Source of the DNA: a bacterium
GTDB taxonomy: Bacteria; Zhuqueibacterota; Zhuqueibacteria; Residuimicrobiales; Krinioviventaceae
DNA: 64,000 bases
Direction of reading: 5' to 3'
NCBI GenBank assembly: GCA_963674595.2
Contig: CAXXFV010000006.1
Span: 96,001 to 160,000, forward strand
Part shown: positions 40,204 to 51,138 of the stretch, one piece after another
Position numbering within the stretch: position 1 is the first letter of the stretch
How the letters are laid out: every line of letters starts with the position of its first letter
Notes under the pieces: generated by a model
What the model saw: the letters and a program-made list of their open reading frames with translations, nothing else
Told to the model about the DNA's origin: nothing
The model's database searches: none
Position numbers and translations under genes: made by a program

Positions 40204-42953
40204 TTATGAACATCCGCTTGTTTCACCACAATTTAAACATTTGTAACAGGCCCCGTTTCTTACCATAATGCTGCCACAGGCATGGCAGGGGGGAGCGTCG
40301 TCCTGGTCCTGAAACGTATTTTCCTTTTTATTTATAAATGTGGATTGTTTATCCAGTTCAGCTTTTTCAAACTCTGTCATATCCGAAACATCTACTTCCG
40401 GTTCACTTTTAGGAGCAAGATATTTCTTTTCCAGCCATCTGAAAATATAATCACTAATAGATTTTGCAATAGGTATTTCGTTATTATTTGTGAATCCATA
40501 GGGTTCAAATCGTGTGTGCGTGTATTTGTTTATAAATGTTTCCAGGGGCACACCATGTTGTAAGCCTATGGAAACCGCAGTAGCAAAAGAGTCCATAAGG
40601 CCGGAAACGACAGATCCTTCCTTGGCCATAACAACAAAAATTTCTCCGGGTGTTCCGTCATCATATTCACCCACAGTTACATAACCTTCATGGCCGGCAA
40701 TGTTAAATTTGTGTGTCATTGCCCGGCGTTCATCCGGTAAACGGCGCCGTTGGCCGATAACATGTTCGTCTTTTGTCTCATTAGACTTACTGGTCATAAG
40801 AGGTTGGGTTCTTTTTGAACCGTCCCTGTAAATGGCAACCGATTTTAATCCCAGTTTCCATGATTCCTGATATACATTTGCAATATCATCCGGTGTGGAT
40901 TCATTCGGCATATTAACCGTTTTGGATATGGCGCCGGACAAGAATGGCTGAACCGCTGCCATCATTTTTATGTGCCCCATGTGCTGGATGAATCGTTTTC
41001 CTTGAGCCGGTTTAAAGGCACAGTCAAAAATTTCCAGGTCTTTTTCATCAAGATGCGGGGCGTTTCAATTGTATCGTTCTTTTTTATGTATTCCAGAATG
41101 TCGTTAATCTGGTTTTTAGCATAGCCTCTGCGTTTAAGTGCCGGTCCAATGGTGCTGTTTACAAGTTTAACCATGCCGCCGCCAACCATATTTTTGTATT
41201 TAATAAGGGCGATGTCCGGTTCAATGCCTGTGGTGTCACAGTCCATCATAAAACCAATTGTTCCTGTTGGTGCTAAAACCGTTACCTGTGCGTTCCGGTA
41301 GCCATATCTTTCTCCAAGTTCAATGGCATCGTTCCAGGACTCTTTGACAGCTTCATATATTTTAGGCGGAACATGGGATGAGTCTATGTTTTGTATGGCT
41401 TTTTTATGTTTATTCATAACGCGCATCATGGCAGATTTGTTTTTTTCAAATTCTGTGAATGTGCCAACTGAGCTTGACAGAATTGCTGATGTTAAATAGG
41501 ATTGTCCTGTAAGCAATGCTGTGAGTGATGCTGCCATGGCTCGTCCGGCATCACTGTCATAAGGAAATCCATAATACATTAATAATGCACCCAGGTTGGC
41601 ATAACCCAAGCCAAGTGGACGAAAAAGATGACTGTTGCCTTCTATTTTTTCGTTCGGGTAACTGGAGTTGGAAACGATAATTTCCTGGGATATAATTAAT
41701 ATATGTATGGCCCGGCGATAAGCTTCAATGTTGAAATTACCATTTTGATCGATAAATTTCATCAGGTTAAGAGATGCCAGGTTACAGGCCGAATTATCAA
41801 CAAACATGTATTCACTGCACGGATTTGAAGCATTAATGGGGGCAGATTCGGGGCAGGTATGCCAATCGTTTATTATGGAATCAAACTGAATACCCGGATC
41901 GCCACAAACATGAGCGGCTTCACACATCTTTTTCATTAAATCACGTGCTTTAAATTTATCTATTTTTTCTTTAGTTTTTACAGCACGGGTGTAAAAATTA
42001 TTATCATCCGCAACGGCACGCATAAATTCATCCGAAACCCGAACACTGTTGTTTGAATTTTGAAAGAAAACAGAATTATAGGCTTCTCCGCCAAAGGAAC
42101 CATCGTATCCGGCATCAATCAATGCCCAGGCTTTTTTCTCTTCTTCAACTTTACAATTGATAAATTCATTTATATCCGGGTGATCAACGTTTAATATAAC
42201 CATTTTTGCGGCGCGACGGGTTTTTCCGCCGGATTTAATAACACCGGCAAACGCATCATATCCTTTCATAAATGAAACAGGACCTGAAGCCTGGCCGCCT
42301 GTGGAGAGTTTTTCTTTTGAAGATCGAAGTGGTGACAGGTTGGTACCGGTCCCGGAACCCCATTTAAAAAGTAAACCTTCTGTTTTTGCCAAATCGAGAA
42401 TGGATTCCATTGTGTCTGTAACGGAATTTATAAAACACGCAGAACATTGCGGTCTCTCTTCTACGCCCATGTTAAACCATACCGGGCTGTTAAAGGCAGC
42501 TTTTTGGTTTACCAGTAAATGTGTTAGTTCCGCTTCATATGTTTCAACATCATTATCACTTTCAAAATATCCATCCTTTTTAGCCCACGAGGCCAGTGTT
42601 TTGGCAACACGGTCAATAAGATGTTTAACACTAGTTTCGACATTATTTGTTGATTTATAAGTGTGGAAATATTTTGAGGCAACTATATTTATAGCCGTTT
42701 GTGACCATGGCTTGGGTACTTCGATATCATCCCGTTGAAAAATGACTTTACCTTTGTCATTTGTAATTGCTGCTGAACGGGTTTCCCATTCAATCTCATC
42801 ATAGGGATGCACATTTTTCTGGGTAAAAAATCGCTGGATTTTTATTTTTTTACTTTCTTTTATATCATTACCGGATTCGATAATTTCCGTTTCAGGGTTT
42901 TTGGGATAAAAATTGTCAAAATCAAGCTGTGATTCAGAATTATTATCTTTCAT
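40204..42953 (-). CDS. nrdJ: Class II (adenosylcobalamin-dependent) ribonucleotide reductase with C-terminal TSCPD/zinc-ribbon region; one-base frameshift at ~41063-41065
   Basis: 'FNSPVWFN', 'QCSACFI', 'SGGKTRRAAKM', 'SNPCSEY', 'ACNLAS', 'APTGTI', 'SGAISKTVN', 'IYRDGSK' and 'CYKCLNCG..SGCS'. Adding one A (GAA AAC GCC) joins ORFs 40968..42998 and 40204..40980. Confidence 0.93.
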
Positions 42954-43145
42954 GAGATTGCCTCTTTTATTTAAGAAAACGTGATGAATCTCATTCAAAT
43001 ATGAGAAAATATATTATTACTTTAGTTTTATATATGAAACTGAATGTGTGTCTGAGGAAATTGAGTTATTTTAAGTAGATTAATAATAATTTAGAATGTT
43101 TAAATCCATATTATCCCACAATCCTTACCACTACCACCGTTGGAC

Positions 43146-43174
43146 AATATATAAAACTGCATTTCAAATGTCAA
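43146..43174 (-). promoter_or_regulatory. sigma70 promoter of nrdJ (TTGACA-17-TATATT)
   Basis: Minus strand TTGACA tttgaaatgcagtttta TATATT. Confidence 0.7.
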
Positions 43175-43179
43175 GCAAA

Positions 43180-43226
43180 AAGTCTATATTTTGTATAATT
43201 TTTTTTATTAACGTCAAGTTGTTGTG
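43180..43226. promoter_or_regulatory. Tandem NrdR-box-like sites
   Basis: aagtCTATATTTTGta (43180-43195) and acgtCAAGTTGTTGtg (43211-43226) resemble CwAtATaTwG, are 31 bp apart and lie next to the nrdJ -35. Confidence 0.6.
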
Positions 43227-43299
43227 ATTTTATGTGATTTAGCTCACATGTTTATAATTTTTGTTATATGTCTGAGATCGTTAAAAATGGAAAATGTTC

Positions 43300-43328
43300 T
43301 TGACTACTTTTTCATTTATGTTTATATT
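43300..43328 (+). promoter_or_regulatory. sigma70 promoter (TTGACT-17-TATATT) upstream of the rib operon leader
   Basis: TTGACT actttttcatttatgtt TATATT. Confidence 0.6.
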
Positions 43329-43397
43329 GACTCGTTAATTGATTGTCAACAATGTTTTACAATTATGTAACAGTCAATAATTCAGTATAAATATTTT

Positions 43398-43432
43398 AGC
43401 CCTGAAAATTGCTTTCAGGGCTGTTTTGTGTT
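43398..43432 (+). terminator. Terminator-like hairpin upstream of ribD
   Basis: AGCCCTGAAA-attgc-TTTCAGGGCT followed by GTTTTGTGTT. Confidence 0.65.
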
Positions 43433-43487
43433 AAACTTGCTTTCATATTACAAAATGTCTGGTATAATATACTAAGGTGTAATTCCT

Positions 43488-44606
43488 TTGTCTGATCAAA
43501 AGGAGCAGGATGTTGCCTTTATAAAAAAGGCATTATCTCTTGCAAAAAAAGGCCAGGGGACTGTTAGTCCGAACCCGATGGTTGGCGCGATTGTCGTTAA
43601 GAACGGTGAGGTCGTTGGAGAGAATTATCACAGAAATTTTGGTGGTCCTCATGCAGAAGTTTTAGCTTTAGAGGAAGCTGGTGATCTATCTGTTGGCGCC
43701 ACTTTATATGTTACATTAGAACCATGTGCGCATCATGGAAAGACCGGACCTTGTGTAGAAGCAATATATGATGCCGGTATTTCCCGCGTGGTTGTTGGTT
43801 GTATCGATCCAAATCCCATCGTTAACGGAAAAGGAATAAAATTTTTACGCTCAAAGGGAATATCCGTTACCCAGGATGTGTTATGTGAATCGTGTCAGGA
43901 ATTAAACCAGAGTTATATAAAGTATATAACCACATCCATACCGCTTATCACATTAAAACTGGCTCAAACACTTGATGGCCGCATCGCTACCAGCACGGGC
44001 CATTCAAAGTGGATAACAACTGAGGAGTCAAGAGCTCAGGCACATAAATTACGTGCTCAGCATGATGCAATTCTCGTTGGGATAAGGACAGTATTGTCCG
44101 ATGATCCTAATTTAACCGTTAGAATGGCCAAAGGAATTACGCCAAAAAGAGTTGTTTTGGATAGTAAATTGCGTGTTCCTCTGGACGCCAAAATTTTATC
44201 TGACGAGTTTGTCGGCCGCACCATACTTATTACGACCGAAGCTGCTTCCAAGGAAAAGATAGCACGCATCAAGGAAAAAGGAGCAATCGTACTGAGCCTG
44301 GAGTCTGATGATAGAGGTTGGGTCCTGCAGAACATCCTGTGGAAAAAATTGGGCGAGTTAGGTATTACCAGTGTGCTTGTTGAAGGCGGCAGTGTTGTTC
44401 AGACAGAATGTTTAAAAAATGGTTTTGCCGATCAATTAGTTATTTTTATTGCCACCAAATTACTTGGCAGCGGTATTGATGCCATAGGTGATTTGGGAAT
44501 AAGAAATATTAATTCGGCTATTGAACTGACTGATGTTTCGATTAAAAAAATCCAATCTGATTTTATGATCTCCGGGAAACTGAGTCTTATAAACAGTGGA
44601 GTTTAA
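43488..44606 (+). CDS. ribD: Riboflavin biosynthesis deaminase/reductase
   Basis: 'PNPMVGA', 'HAE', 'TLEPCAHHGKTGPC', 'TLDGRIA..SKWIT' and 'LVEGG'. Confidence 0.96.
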   Translation: MSDQKEQDVAFIKKALSLAKKGQGTVSPNPMVGAIVVKNGEVVGENYHRNFGGPHAEVLALEEAGDLSVGATLYVTLEPCAHHGKTGPCVEAIYDAGISRVVVGCIDPNPIVNGKGIKFLRSKGISVTQDVLCESCQELNQSYIKYITTSIPLITLKLAQTLDGRIATSTGHSKWITTEESRAQAHKLRAQHDAILVGIRTVLSDDPNLTVRMAKGITPKRVVLDSKLRVPLDAKILSDEFVGRTILITTEAASKEKIARIKEKGAIVLSLESDDRGWVLQNILWKKLGELGITSVLVEGGSVVQTECLKNGFADQLVIFIATKLLGSGIDAIGDLGIRNINSAIELTDVSIKKIQSDFMISGKLSLINSGV

Positions 44607-44611
44607 GCAGC

Positions 44612-45253
44612 ATGTTTACCGGTCTTGTCGAAGAAGTTGGGCAAATTAACAGCATTACAAAAAGTGGTTCAGGTGCACAGTTTTCAATATCCGCACATTC
44701 AATATTGCAGGATATTAAAAAAGGTGACAGTATAGCTGTTGATGGAATCTGCCTGACAGTAGTGGATTATACCTCGAATCGTTTTACCGTTGATGCTGTT
44801 GGCGAAACCCTAAACAAGACAACACTTTCCACAATTAAAATTAAGGACCATGTCAATTTAGAACGTGCCATGAAAGCAGAAAGCCGCTTTGGCGGTCATT
44901 TTGTACAAGGTCATGTTGATGGTATTGGAAAAGTTTCCAGTTTACAGAAGAGATATCCCGGTTACTGGCTGGATATCTCCGCTGCCCCGGAAATTGTTGA
45001 TCTGTGTGTTAAGAAAGGTTCCATAACAATCAACGGAATCAGTTTAACTATTGCCGACCTGAAAGAACAGCAAATATCCATTGCTGTTATACCCCATACA
45101 TTTAGTGAAACAAGTTTGAAATATTTATCCAAAGGCAGTTCTGTTAATATTGAGGCAGATGTTTTAGGGAAATATGTACAGAAATTTTTACATCCTTATA
45201 ATAATAAAAATAATGATATTAGTATTGAAAAATTAAATAGTTTAGGTTTTTAA
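44612..45253 (+). CDS. ribE: Riboflavin synthase (alpha chain)
   Basis: MFTGLVEE, 'GDSIAVDGICLTV' and 'VNLERA..GGHFVQGHVDG'. Confidence 0.96.
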   Translation: MFTGLVEEVGQINSITKSGSGAQFSISAHSILQDIKKGDSIAVDGICLTVVDYTSNRFTVDAVGETLNKTTLSTIKIKDHVNLERAMKAESRFGGHFVQGHVDGIGKVSSLQKRYPGYWLDISAAPEIVDLCVKKGSITINGISLTIADLKEQQISIAVIPHTFSETSLKYLSKGSSVNIEADVLGKYVQKFLHPYNNKNNDISIEKLNSLGF

Positions 45254-45273
45254 GAATTTAGTGAGAAAAAAAG

Positions 45274-46533
45274 TTGAGCTCAAAATATAAATTTGATACA
45301 ATACCCGACGCAGTAAATGATTTGCGTTTGGGTAAAATGATTATAGTCATTGATGATGAAGACCGTGAAAACGAAGGTGATTTTATCATGCTTGCCGATA
45401 AAATTACGCCTGAAAGTGTAAATTTTATGGCAAAATATGGCCGGGGACTTATTTGTGTGCCTTTAACTCGTCAACGTTTGGAAGAATTAAATATTTATCA
45501 AATGGTTGTAGATAATTCTGCCCTGCTGGGAACCGCTTTTTCAGTATCTGTTGATTATAAAATCGGTGTCAGTACGGGAATTTCTGCAGCAGATCGCGCT
45601 AAAACAATTAAAGGGCTGGTAGATCCCGATGCAAAGGGATCTGATTTTGCTCGTCCCGGGCATGTTTTTCCCATCGCTGCCGCTGAAGGTGGTGTGTTGA
45701 GAAGGGCAGGGCATACGGAAACTGTTGTTGATTTGGCAAAACTTGCCGGTAGTGCTCATGGCGGTGTTTTATGCGAAATTATGGATGATGATGGTGAAAT
45801 GGCCCGCCTTCCTGCTTTGCAAAAAGTTGCTAAAAAATTTGATATGAAAATTATCACGGTTCGTGATTTGATCGAATATCGTCATAAAAATGAGATACTG
45901 GTTGAAAAAGTTGCAAAAGCTGATTTTCCAACAATATTTGGGCATTTTCAGTTACATTCTTATAAAAGCCAGTTGGATCCTGCTTCACACATGGCGATTA
46001 TAAAAGGTGATATAACCACAGATGAGCCTGTTTTGGTTCGAGTGCATTCACAATGTTTAACCGGTGACATTTTTGGTTCATTAAGATGCGATTGTGGGGA
46101 ACAACTTCACTATGCCCTGAGTATGATAGAAAGGGAAGGACGTGGTGTTGTTTTATATATGCGCCAGGAAGGCCGGGGAATTGGCCTTGCTAATAAAATA
46201 AAAGCCTATTCTCTTCAGGACCACGGAAGAGATACTGTGGAAGCAAATGAGGAACTTGGCTTTAAGGCGGATTTGCGGGAATATGGTATTGGTGCTCAGA
46301 TTTTATCTGATTTAGGTATTAAAAAAATACGCCTGCTTACCAATAATCCCAAAAAAATCGTTGGACTCGAAGGTTATGGTTTGGAAATTGTTGAACGATT
46401 ACCGGTTGAAATAAAACCGAATGAAATTAATGTTAACTATTTAGCAACTAAACGTGATAAATTAGGACATCTCATTTTGCAAAATGATCTAAATGAGAAT
46501 TCAATGTTTATTGATAAAATTGAAGAAAAATAG
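45274..46533 (+). CDS. ribBA: Bifunctional DHBP synthase / GTP cyclohydrolase II
   Basis: '[10 protein letters not shown]', 'RPGHVFP', 'RAGHTE', '[17 protein letters not shown]' and 'QEGRGIGL'. Confidence 0.97.
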   Translation: MSSKYKFDTIPDAVNDLRLGKMIIVIDDEDRENEGDFIMLADKITPESVNFMAKYGRGLICVPLTRQRLEELNIYQMVVDNSALLGTAFSVSVDYKIGVSTGISAADRAKTIKGLVDPDAKGSDFARPGHVFPIAAAEGGVLRRAGHTETVVDLAKLAGSAHGGVLCEIMDDDGEMARLPALQKVAKKFDMKIITVRDLIEYRHKNEILVEKVAKADFPTIFGHFQLHSYKSQLDPASHMAIIKGDITTDEPVLVRVHSQCLTGDIFGSLRCDCGEQLHYALSMIEREGRGVVLYMRQEGRGIGLANKIKAYSLQDHGRDTVEANEELGFKADLREYGIGAQILSDLGIKKIRLLTNNPKKIVGLEGYGLEIVERLPVEIKPNEINVNYLATKRDKLGHLILQNDLNENSMFIDKIEEK

Positions 46534-46542
46534 GTGTAGGAT

Positions 46543-47010
46543 ATGCCAAACGTATTTGAAGGTCAACTAACAGCTAAAAATAAAAAATTTGCCATCATAG
46601 TCAGCCGTTTTAATGAACTTATTTGTAGAAAGCTGCTTGAAGGATCATTGGACTGTCTTGCAAGGCACGGCGCTGATATGAATAACGTTGATATTGCATG
46701 GGTACCGGGTTCATTTGAAATTCCTGTTGCTGCCCAGCGATTTGCAAAAACAAAATCCTATGATGCCATTATTTGTTTAGGTGCTGTTATCCGGGGTGCA
46801 ACCCCTCACTTTGAGTATATTTCAGCCGAAGTGACCAAAGGCGTTGCCCAGGTTGGAATGGAATTTCAGGTTCCTGTGTCCTATGGTATTATAACACCGG
46901 ATACTCTTGAGCAGGCTCTTGAGAGGGCCGGCACAAAATCCGGTAATAAAGGATGGGATGCTGCGTTAGGTGCTATAGAAATGGCAGATTTGTTTACTAA
47001 AATCAAATAA
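46543..47010 (+). CDS. ribH: 6,7-dimethyl-8-ribityllumazine synthase
   Basis: 'SRFN', 'VPGSFEIP', '[14 protein letters not shown]' and '[11 protein letters not shown]'. Confidence 0.97.
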   Translation: MPNVFEGQLTAKNKKFAIIVSRFNELICRKLLEGSLDCLARHGADMNNVDIAWVPGSFEIPVAAQRFAKTKSYDAIICLGAVIRGATPHFEYISAEVTKGVAQVGMEFQVPVSYGIITPDTLEQALERAGTKSGNKGWDAALGAIEMADLFTKIK

Positions 47011-47042
47011 GACTATTCATTAATCTTATCAAAGACCGGTTT

Positions 47043-49208
47043 ATGAAAAAAGCTTTCCTTTTATTCGGGTTTTGTTTCTTATTGAATATACAGCAGGGTT
47101 TGGCGGATGTAGGCGACTGGAAGACATTTACAAGCTCTAAAGATATCAGACAAATTGTTGTTGTTGACTCTTTTTTGTGGTGCGCCACTAACGGTGGTGT
47201 TGTACGCTTGAACGCAACAGATAATTCTATTGTCAAGTATACAAACACTGAGGGCCTGACTGATAATAATGTTGTTGCCATTGAAAAAGATAATATGGAA
47301 AACATTTGGGCGGCCATGTCTAACGGTGATGTTCATGTAATTGATCCGGTTTCTGATGATGTGAGAACAATTACAGATTATCATAATAACACCATAACAG
47401 ACATGTTTGCATTGGGCGACTCTGTGTTTATAGCCCTTGATCTTGGATTAAGCCTCTACGACAAAAAACGATGGGAAGTTAAAGAAACCTATCGCAGTAT
47501 CGGTTCTGTAAATTCGGTTTTTATTGATGGATTGGATATTTGGGCGGCTACGGAAACCGGTATTAAAAAAGCCCGTCTTGATTTTCCGAATTTAATGGCT
47601 CCGGCTGCGTGGACCAGTTTTACTGTCCAGCATGGCTTGCCGGACAATAGTGTTTTGACCATTACCCGGTTTAATGATAAAATAATTGCCGGTACGGCAG
47701 CAGGTGTCGTTGTTTATGAAGATGGTGTTTGGAATTCAGTCGCGCTGCAAGGGACCTATATTTGTGATTTTGCATTTTATAACGGCGATTTAATTGCCAC
47801 CTCAAGATGGGGAGTATACAAAACATCCGACCTTTATTCCTGGACCGGAATCGGATCCGGAATTCTTAATATTGCAGATATTGATGTTGCAGGTGAGACA
47901 ATCTGGGTAGGTCATAACAATGACGCAGGGTTATCGAAATGGGATGACCTGAAAAAGCAATGGATCTCTGTCATACCTGACGGACCCAGTGATAATAAAT
48001 TTAGTGCCTTATTATTCGATGCTGATGGAGATTTATGGACGGCTTCAAATAGCGGCGGAATATCCTACTATAACGGAGCCAAGTGGCAGGTTTTTTCCAC
48101 AGCCAATGGAAAATTAACCAGAGATGATTGGAGAGACCTGGAGCTTGATCCATTTAACCGAATATGGGCCGGCAGTTGGGGCGGCGGTGTTGTTGTTTTT
48201 GAAAAAGTAACTCAGGATTCTATCTCCATTTCACAAAGTGTGAATGATAACCTCACAGGAATTAGTAGTAATCCGAATTATATTGTTGTCACTGATCTTT
48301 TACTGGATAATAATAATTTAATGTGGATTGTAAACAGTCAGGCCTCTAATAAACGCGTTCTGGCTGTTACTGATTTTGATCAGTGGAATTATTTTTCCGT
48401 TTTAGATGGAATTAATTCCGATCATGTTTCCGTAATAGATGTTGACGCCTCCGGACGAAAATGGATCGGCACTGAGTCAATCGGGCTTCGTGTTTTGGAT
48501 GATAATAATACGCCTTTCGATAAATCAGATGATAATTTGAACCAGGGTTTATCGACAAGTGATGGTTTGGAAAGTAATGACATAACATCATTGGCAGGGG
48601 ATTATGATAATATAATGTGGATTGGAACACCGCAGGGATTAAGTTATTGGTTTGATGGAACGGTTACACCTCAATATAATGTTATAAATGATGATATTAC
48701 CTGTGTTAAAGTGGATGTTCGCAATAACAAATGGGTTGGTACAAATGGCGGATTGAGTATGTTGTCCGCTGATGGTTATACGTGGACACACTATTCCACT
48801 TCCAACAGCCCTATTGTTTCAGATAATATTGTTTGTTTCGCGTTTAATGAAAATAATGGGCAGGTATTCATCGGCACTACCAATGGTTTATCCAGTTTGG
48901 AGACTCCATATACGAAACCATCTGAAAGTTTGGATAATCTTGTCGGATATCCAAATCCTTTTATTTTAGACGGATCATTAGGAAAATTTTATATAGATCA
49001 ATTGGCAAAAAATTCCACGGTAAGGATTTACACGCCGGAGGGTTATTTGGTTAAAAATATTCCTTCCTCCCAAGTTTTAGGGGCCAGGGCTATTTGGGAT
49101 GGCACAAATGATAGCGGAGAATTGGTTGCCAGTGGTGTTTATGTTTATGTGGTCGTTGCAGATGGCGGTCTTGCTAAAACCGGGAAAGTTGCTGTCATTA
49201 AACATTAA
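47043..49208 (+). CDS. PorZ-like two-beta-propeller protein with C-terminal sorting domain
   Basis: Signal peptide, 'VGDWKTF', repeated 'WxGTxxGL' blades, 'VLDDNNTP..DD' and 'YPNPF..WDGTN..VASGVY..KVAVIK'. Confidence 0.75.
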   Translation: MKKAFLLFGFCFLLNIQQGLADVGDWKTFTSSKDIRQIVVVDSFLWCATNGGVVRLNATDNSIVKYTNTEGLTDNNVVAIEKDNMENIWAAMSNGDVHVIDPVSDDVRTITDYHNNTITDMFALGDSVFIALDLGLSLYDKKRWEVKETYRSIGSVNSVFIDGLDIWAATETGIKKARLDFPNLMAPAAWTSFTVQHGLPDNSVLTITRFNDKIIAGTAAGVVVYEDGVWNSVALQGTYICDFAFYNGDLIATSRWGVYKTSDLYSWTGIGSGILNIADIDVAGETIWVGHNNDAGLSKWDDLKKQWISVIPDGPSDNKFSALLFDADGDLWTASNSGGISYYNGAKWQVFSTANGKLTRDDWRDLELDPFNRIWAGSWGGGVVVFEKVTQDSISISQSVNDNLTGISSNPNYIVVTDLLLDNNNLMWIVNSQASNKRVLAVTDFDQWNYFSVLDGINSDHVSVIDVDASGRKWIGTESIGLRVLDDNNTPFDKSDDNLNQGLSTSDGLESNDITSLAGDYDNIMWIGTPQGLSYWFDGTVTPQYNVINDDITCVKVDVRNNKWVGTNGGLSMLSADGYTWTHYSTSNSPIVSDNIVCFAFNENNGQVFIGTTNGLSSLETPYTKPSESLDNLVGYPNPFILDGSLGKFYIDQLAKNSTVRIYTPEGYLVKNIPSSQVLGARAIWDGTNDSGELVASGVYVYVVVADGGLAKTGKVAVIKH

Positions 49209-49311
49209 TCTATCCTTTCATGTAATCAACGAACAAAATTACTCTTGTTTATCTTGAGGAAATTATTATATTGTATCGGTATTTTATAATTATATCCTGT
49301 CAAATATTATT

Positions 49312-51027
49312 ATGATAAAAGAACTGTACGCTAAAAATTTTGCCTTAATCGACGAGATTCGTGTCTCTTTTCAGTCCGGTCTTAATATTATCACCGGTGA
49401 AACAGGCGCCGGAAAATCGATCCTGATGGGTGCATTAAATGCTCTGCTTGGTGACCGAATCGGAAAAGACATTATTCGACACGATGCAGATAAAGCAATT
49501 GTTGAAGGGATTTTCGAACTTGCTCAAAATCAGCAAGTTAATACTTTTTTGCATGAAAATGATATTGAAGCTGATGATTCTTTATTAATAATAAGACGGG
49601 AAGTTTTAGAAAATGGCCGTACCCGTTGTTTTGTTAACGACAGCCCGGTTACATTGACTGTGCTGGCATCACTTGGTGATTTGCTTGTTGATCTGCACGG
49701 TCAGCATGAACATCAACTTTTGCTCAAAGTTGATAAACACATTGAATATCTTGATGCTTTCGGGCACAATGATTCTTTATTATCTCAACAAGATGAGATT
49801 TTTACAAATTTTGTTTCGGCTATCAACAAACTACATAATTTGCTGCAGCATCGCCATGAAATAGTTCAAACAAAAGACATCCATAAATTTCAGTTAAAAG
49901 AGATTAAAGCTGTTTCACCATTGCCTAATGAAGATCAGGAACTTGAAGATAGAGAACATGTTTTACGCAATGCAGAAGTATTATATGAAACCTGTAACAG
50001 TTTATTTCAAAAACTGTATGAAAATGATGGCTCTGTAATTGAAATTCTCGATTCTTCTTTACATTCTTTAAAAAATATGGAAACAATCGACAAAAATTTT
50101 AACTCTCTTGTTACAGAATGCGAAAATGCCAAAATTTTAATCGACGATCTTTCAAACGCACTTCAGGAATATAGCAGTAATCTCACTTTTGATCCTCAGG
50201 AGATTGAAGAGTTGAGAAACCGGCTCGCTGCCTTAAACGGTCTTAAAAAGAAATATGGTGGCACGATAGATGCAGTTATAGAGCACCAGCATAAATTAGA
50301 GGAACTTTTATCGGTATCTGAAAACGTTGATGCAAGTATTGACAAACTGTCCGGAGAGATTGATTTATTGCGTAATAAATTGAAAAATATATCGTTAAGG
50401 CTCTCTGAAAAAAGACAAGAAACCGGTTTGTTTTTATCTGAAAAAGTGGCTGATGAATTGAAAAATTTGGGAATGCCAAATGTGAAATACACTGTTTCAC
50501 AAAGGTACAAAGAAACGGATTCGGATCGTCATATCGATATTGATGGAAAAAAAATTAAAGTAACTTTTAAAGGTATTGATCAAGTAGAGTTTTTTATTTC
50601 AACAAATAGCGGTGAAAAGTTGAAACCACTTGCACAAGTTGTATCCGGTGGTGAAGTTTCAAGAATAATGCTGGCACTTAAAACTTTACTGGCAGAAGCA
50701 GACCAGGTTCCGGTCCTTGTCTTTGACGAAATTGATAATGGAATTTCCGGTAGAATTGCTCAATCTGTTGGTTATAGTTTGAAAAAGCTGGCGCATTCGC
50801 ACCAGGTTATTTGTATCACCCATTTGCCACAAATTGCAAGTATGGCTGACCATCATTATCTTGTTGAAAAACTGGAGGGAGAACGTGTTCACACCTCCAT
50901 ACGAAAATTAGATGATGAACAACGTATTAATCAAATAGCCAGTTTGTTAAGTGGGCATACTATAACAGATTCCCATTTAAACAGTGCAAAGGACCTGTTA
51001 CAAGCGGCAAATGAGTTTAATAATTAA
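49312..51027 (+). CDS. recN: DNA repair protein RecN
   Basis: 'NFALID', 'ITGETGAGKS', 'LHGQHEHQ', 'SGGEVSR', 'FDEID' and 'ITHLPQIA'. Confidence 0.97.
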   Translation: MIKELYAKNFALIDEIRVSFQSGLNIITGETGAGKSILMGALNALLGDRIGKDIIRHDADKAIVEGIFELAQNQQVNTFLHENDIEADDSLLIIRREVLENGRTRCFVNDSPVTLTVLASLGDLLVDLHGQHEHQLLLKVDKHIEYLDAFGHNDSLLSQQDEIFTNFVSAINKLHNLLQHRHEIVQTKDIHKFQLKEIKAVSPLPNEDQELEDREHVLRNAEVLYETCNSLFQKLYENDGSVIEILDSSLHSLKNMETIDKNFNSLVTECENAKILIDDLSNALQEYSSNLTFDPQEIEELRNRLAALNGLKKKYGGTIDAVIEHQHKLEELLSVSENVDASIDKLSGEIDLLRNKLKNISLRLSEKRQETGLFLSEKVADELKNLGMPNVKYTVSQRYKETDSDRHIDIDGKKIKVTFKGIDQVEFFISTNSGEKLKPLAQVVSGGEVSRIMLALKTLLAEADQVPVLVFDEIDNGISGRIAQSVGYSLKKLAHSHQVICITHLPQIASMADHHYLVEKLEGERVHTSIRKLDDEQRINQIASLLSGHTITDSHLNSAKDLLQAANEFNN

Positions 51028-51138
51028 TTTAATAAAATTTTTTTATAGACAATTTTGGTTTATTTTTATACTTTATAAATAGCAATCGTTTAAACAATTA
51101 AACTTGTGTGTGGACAAGTTTTCAAGTGTGAGGGTATC

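Noticed and set aside
42954-43145. Cobalamin riboswitch upstream of nrdJ
   Set aside because: No B12-box or GGGAA...GCCCCCGC/GCCACTG-type conserved elements are visible; the leader is AT-rich.
43330-43487. Canonical FMN (RFN) riboswitch
   Set aside because: Conserved aptamer sequences are absent and the space is too short. Reported instead as an unexplained leader.
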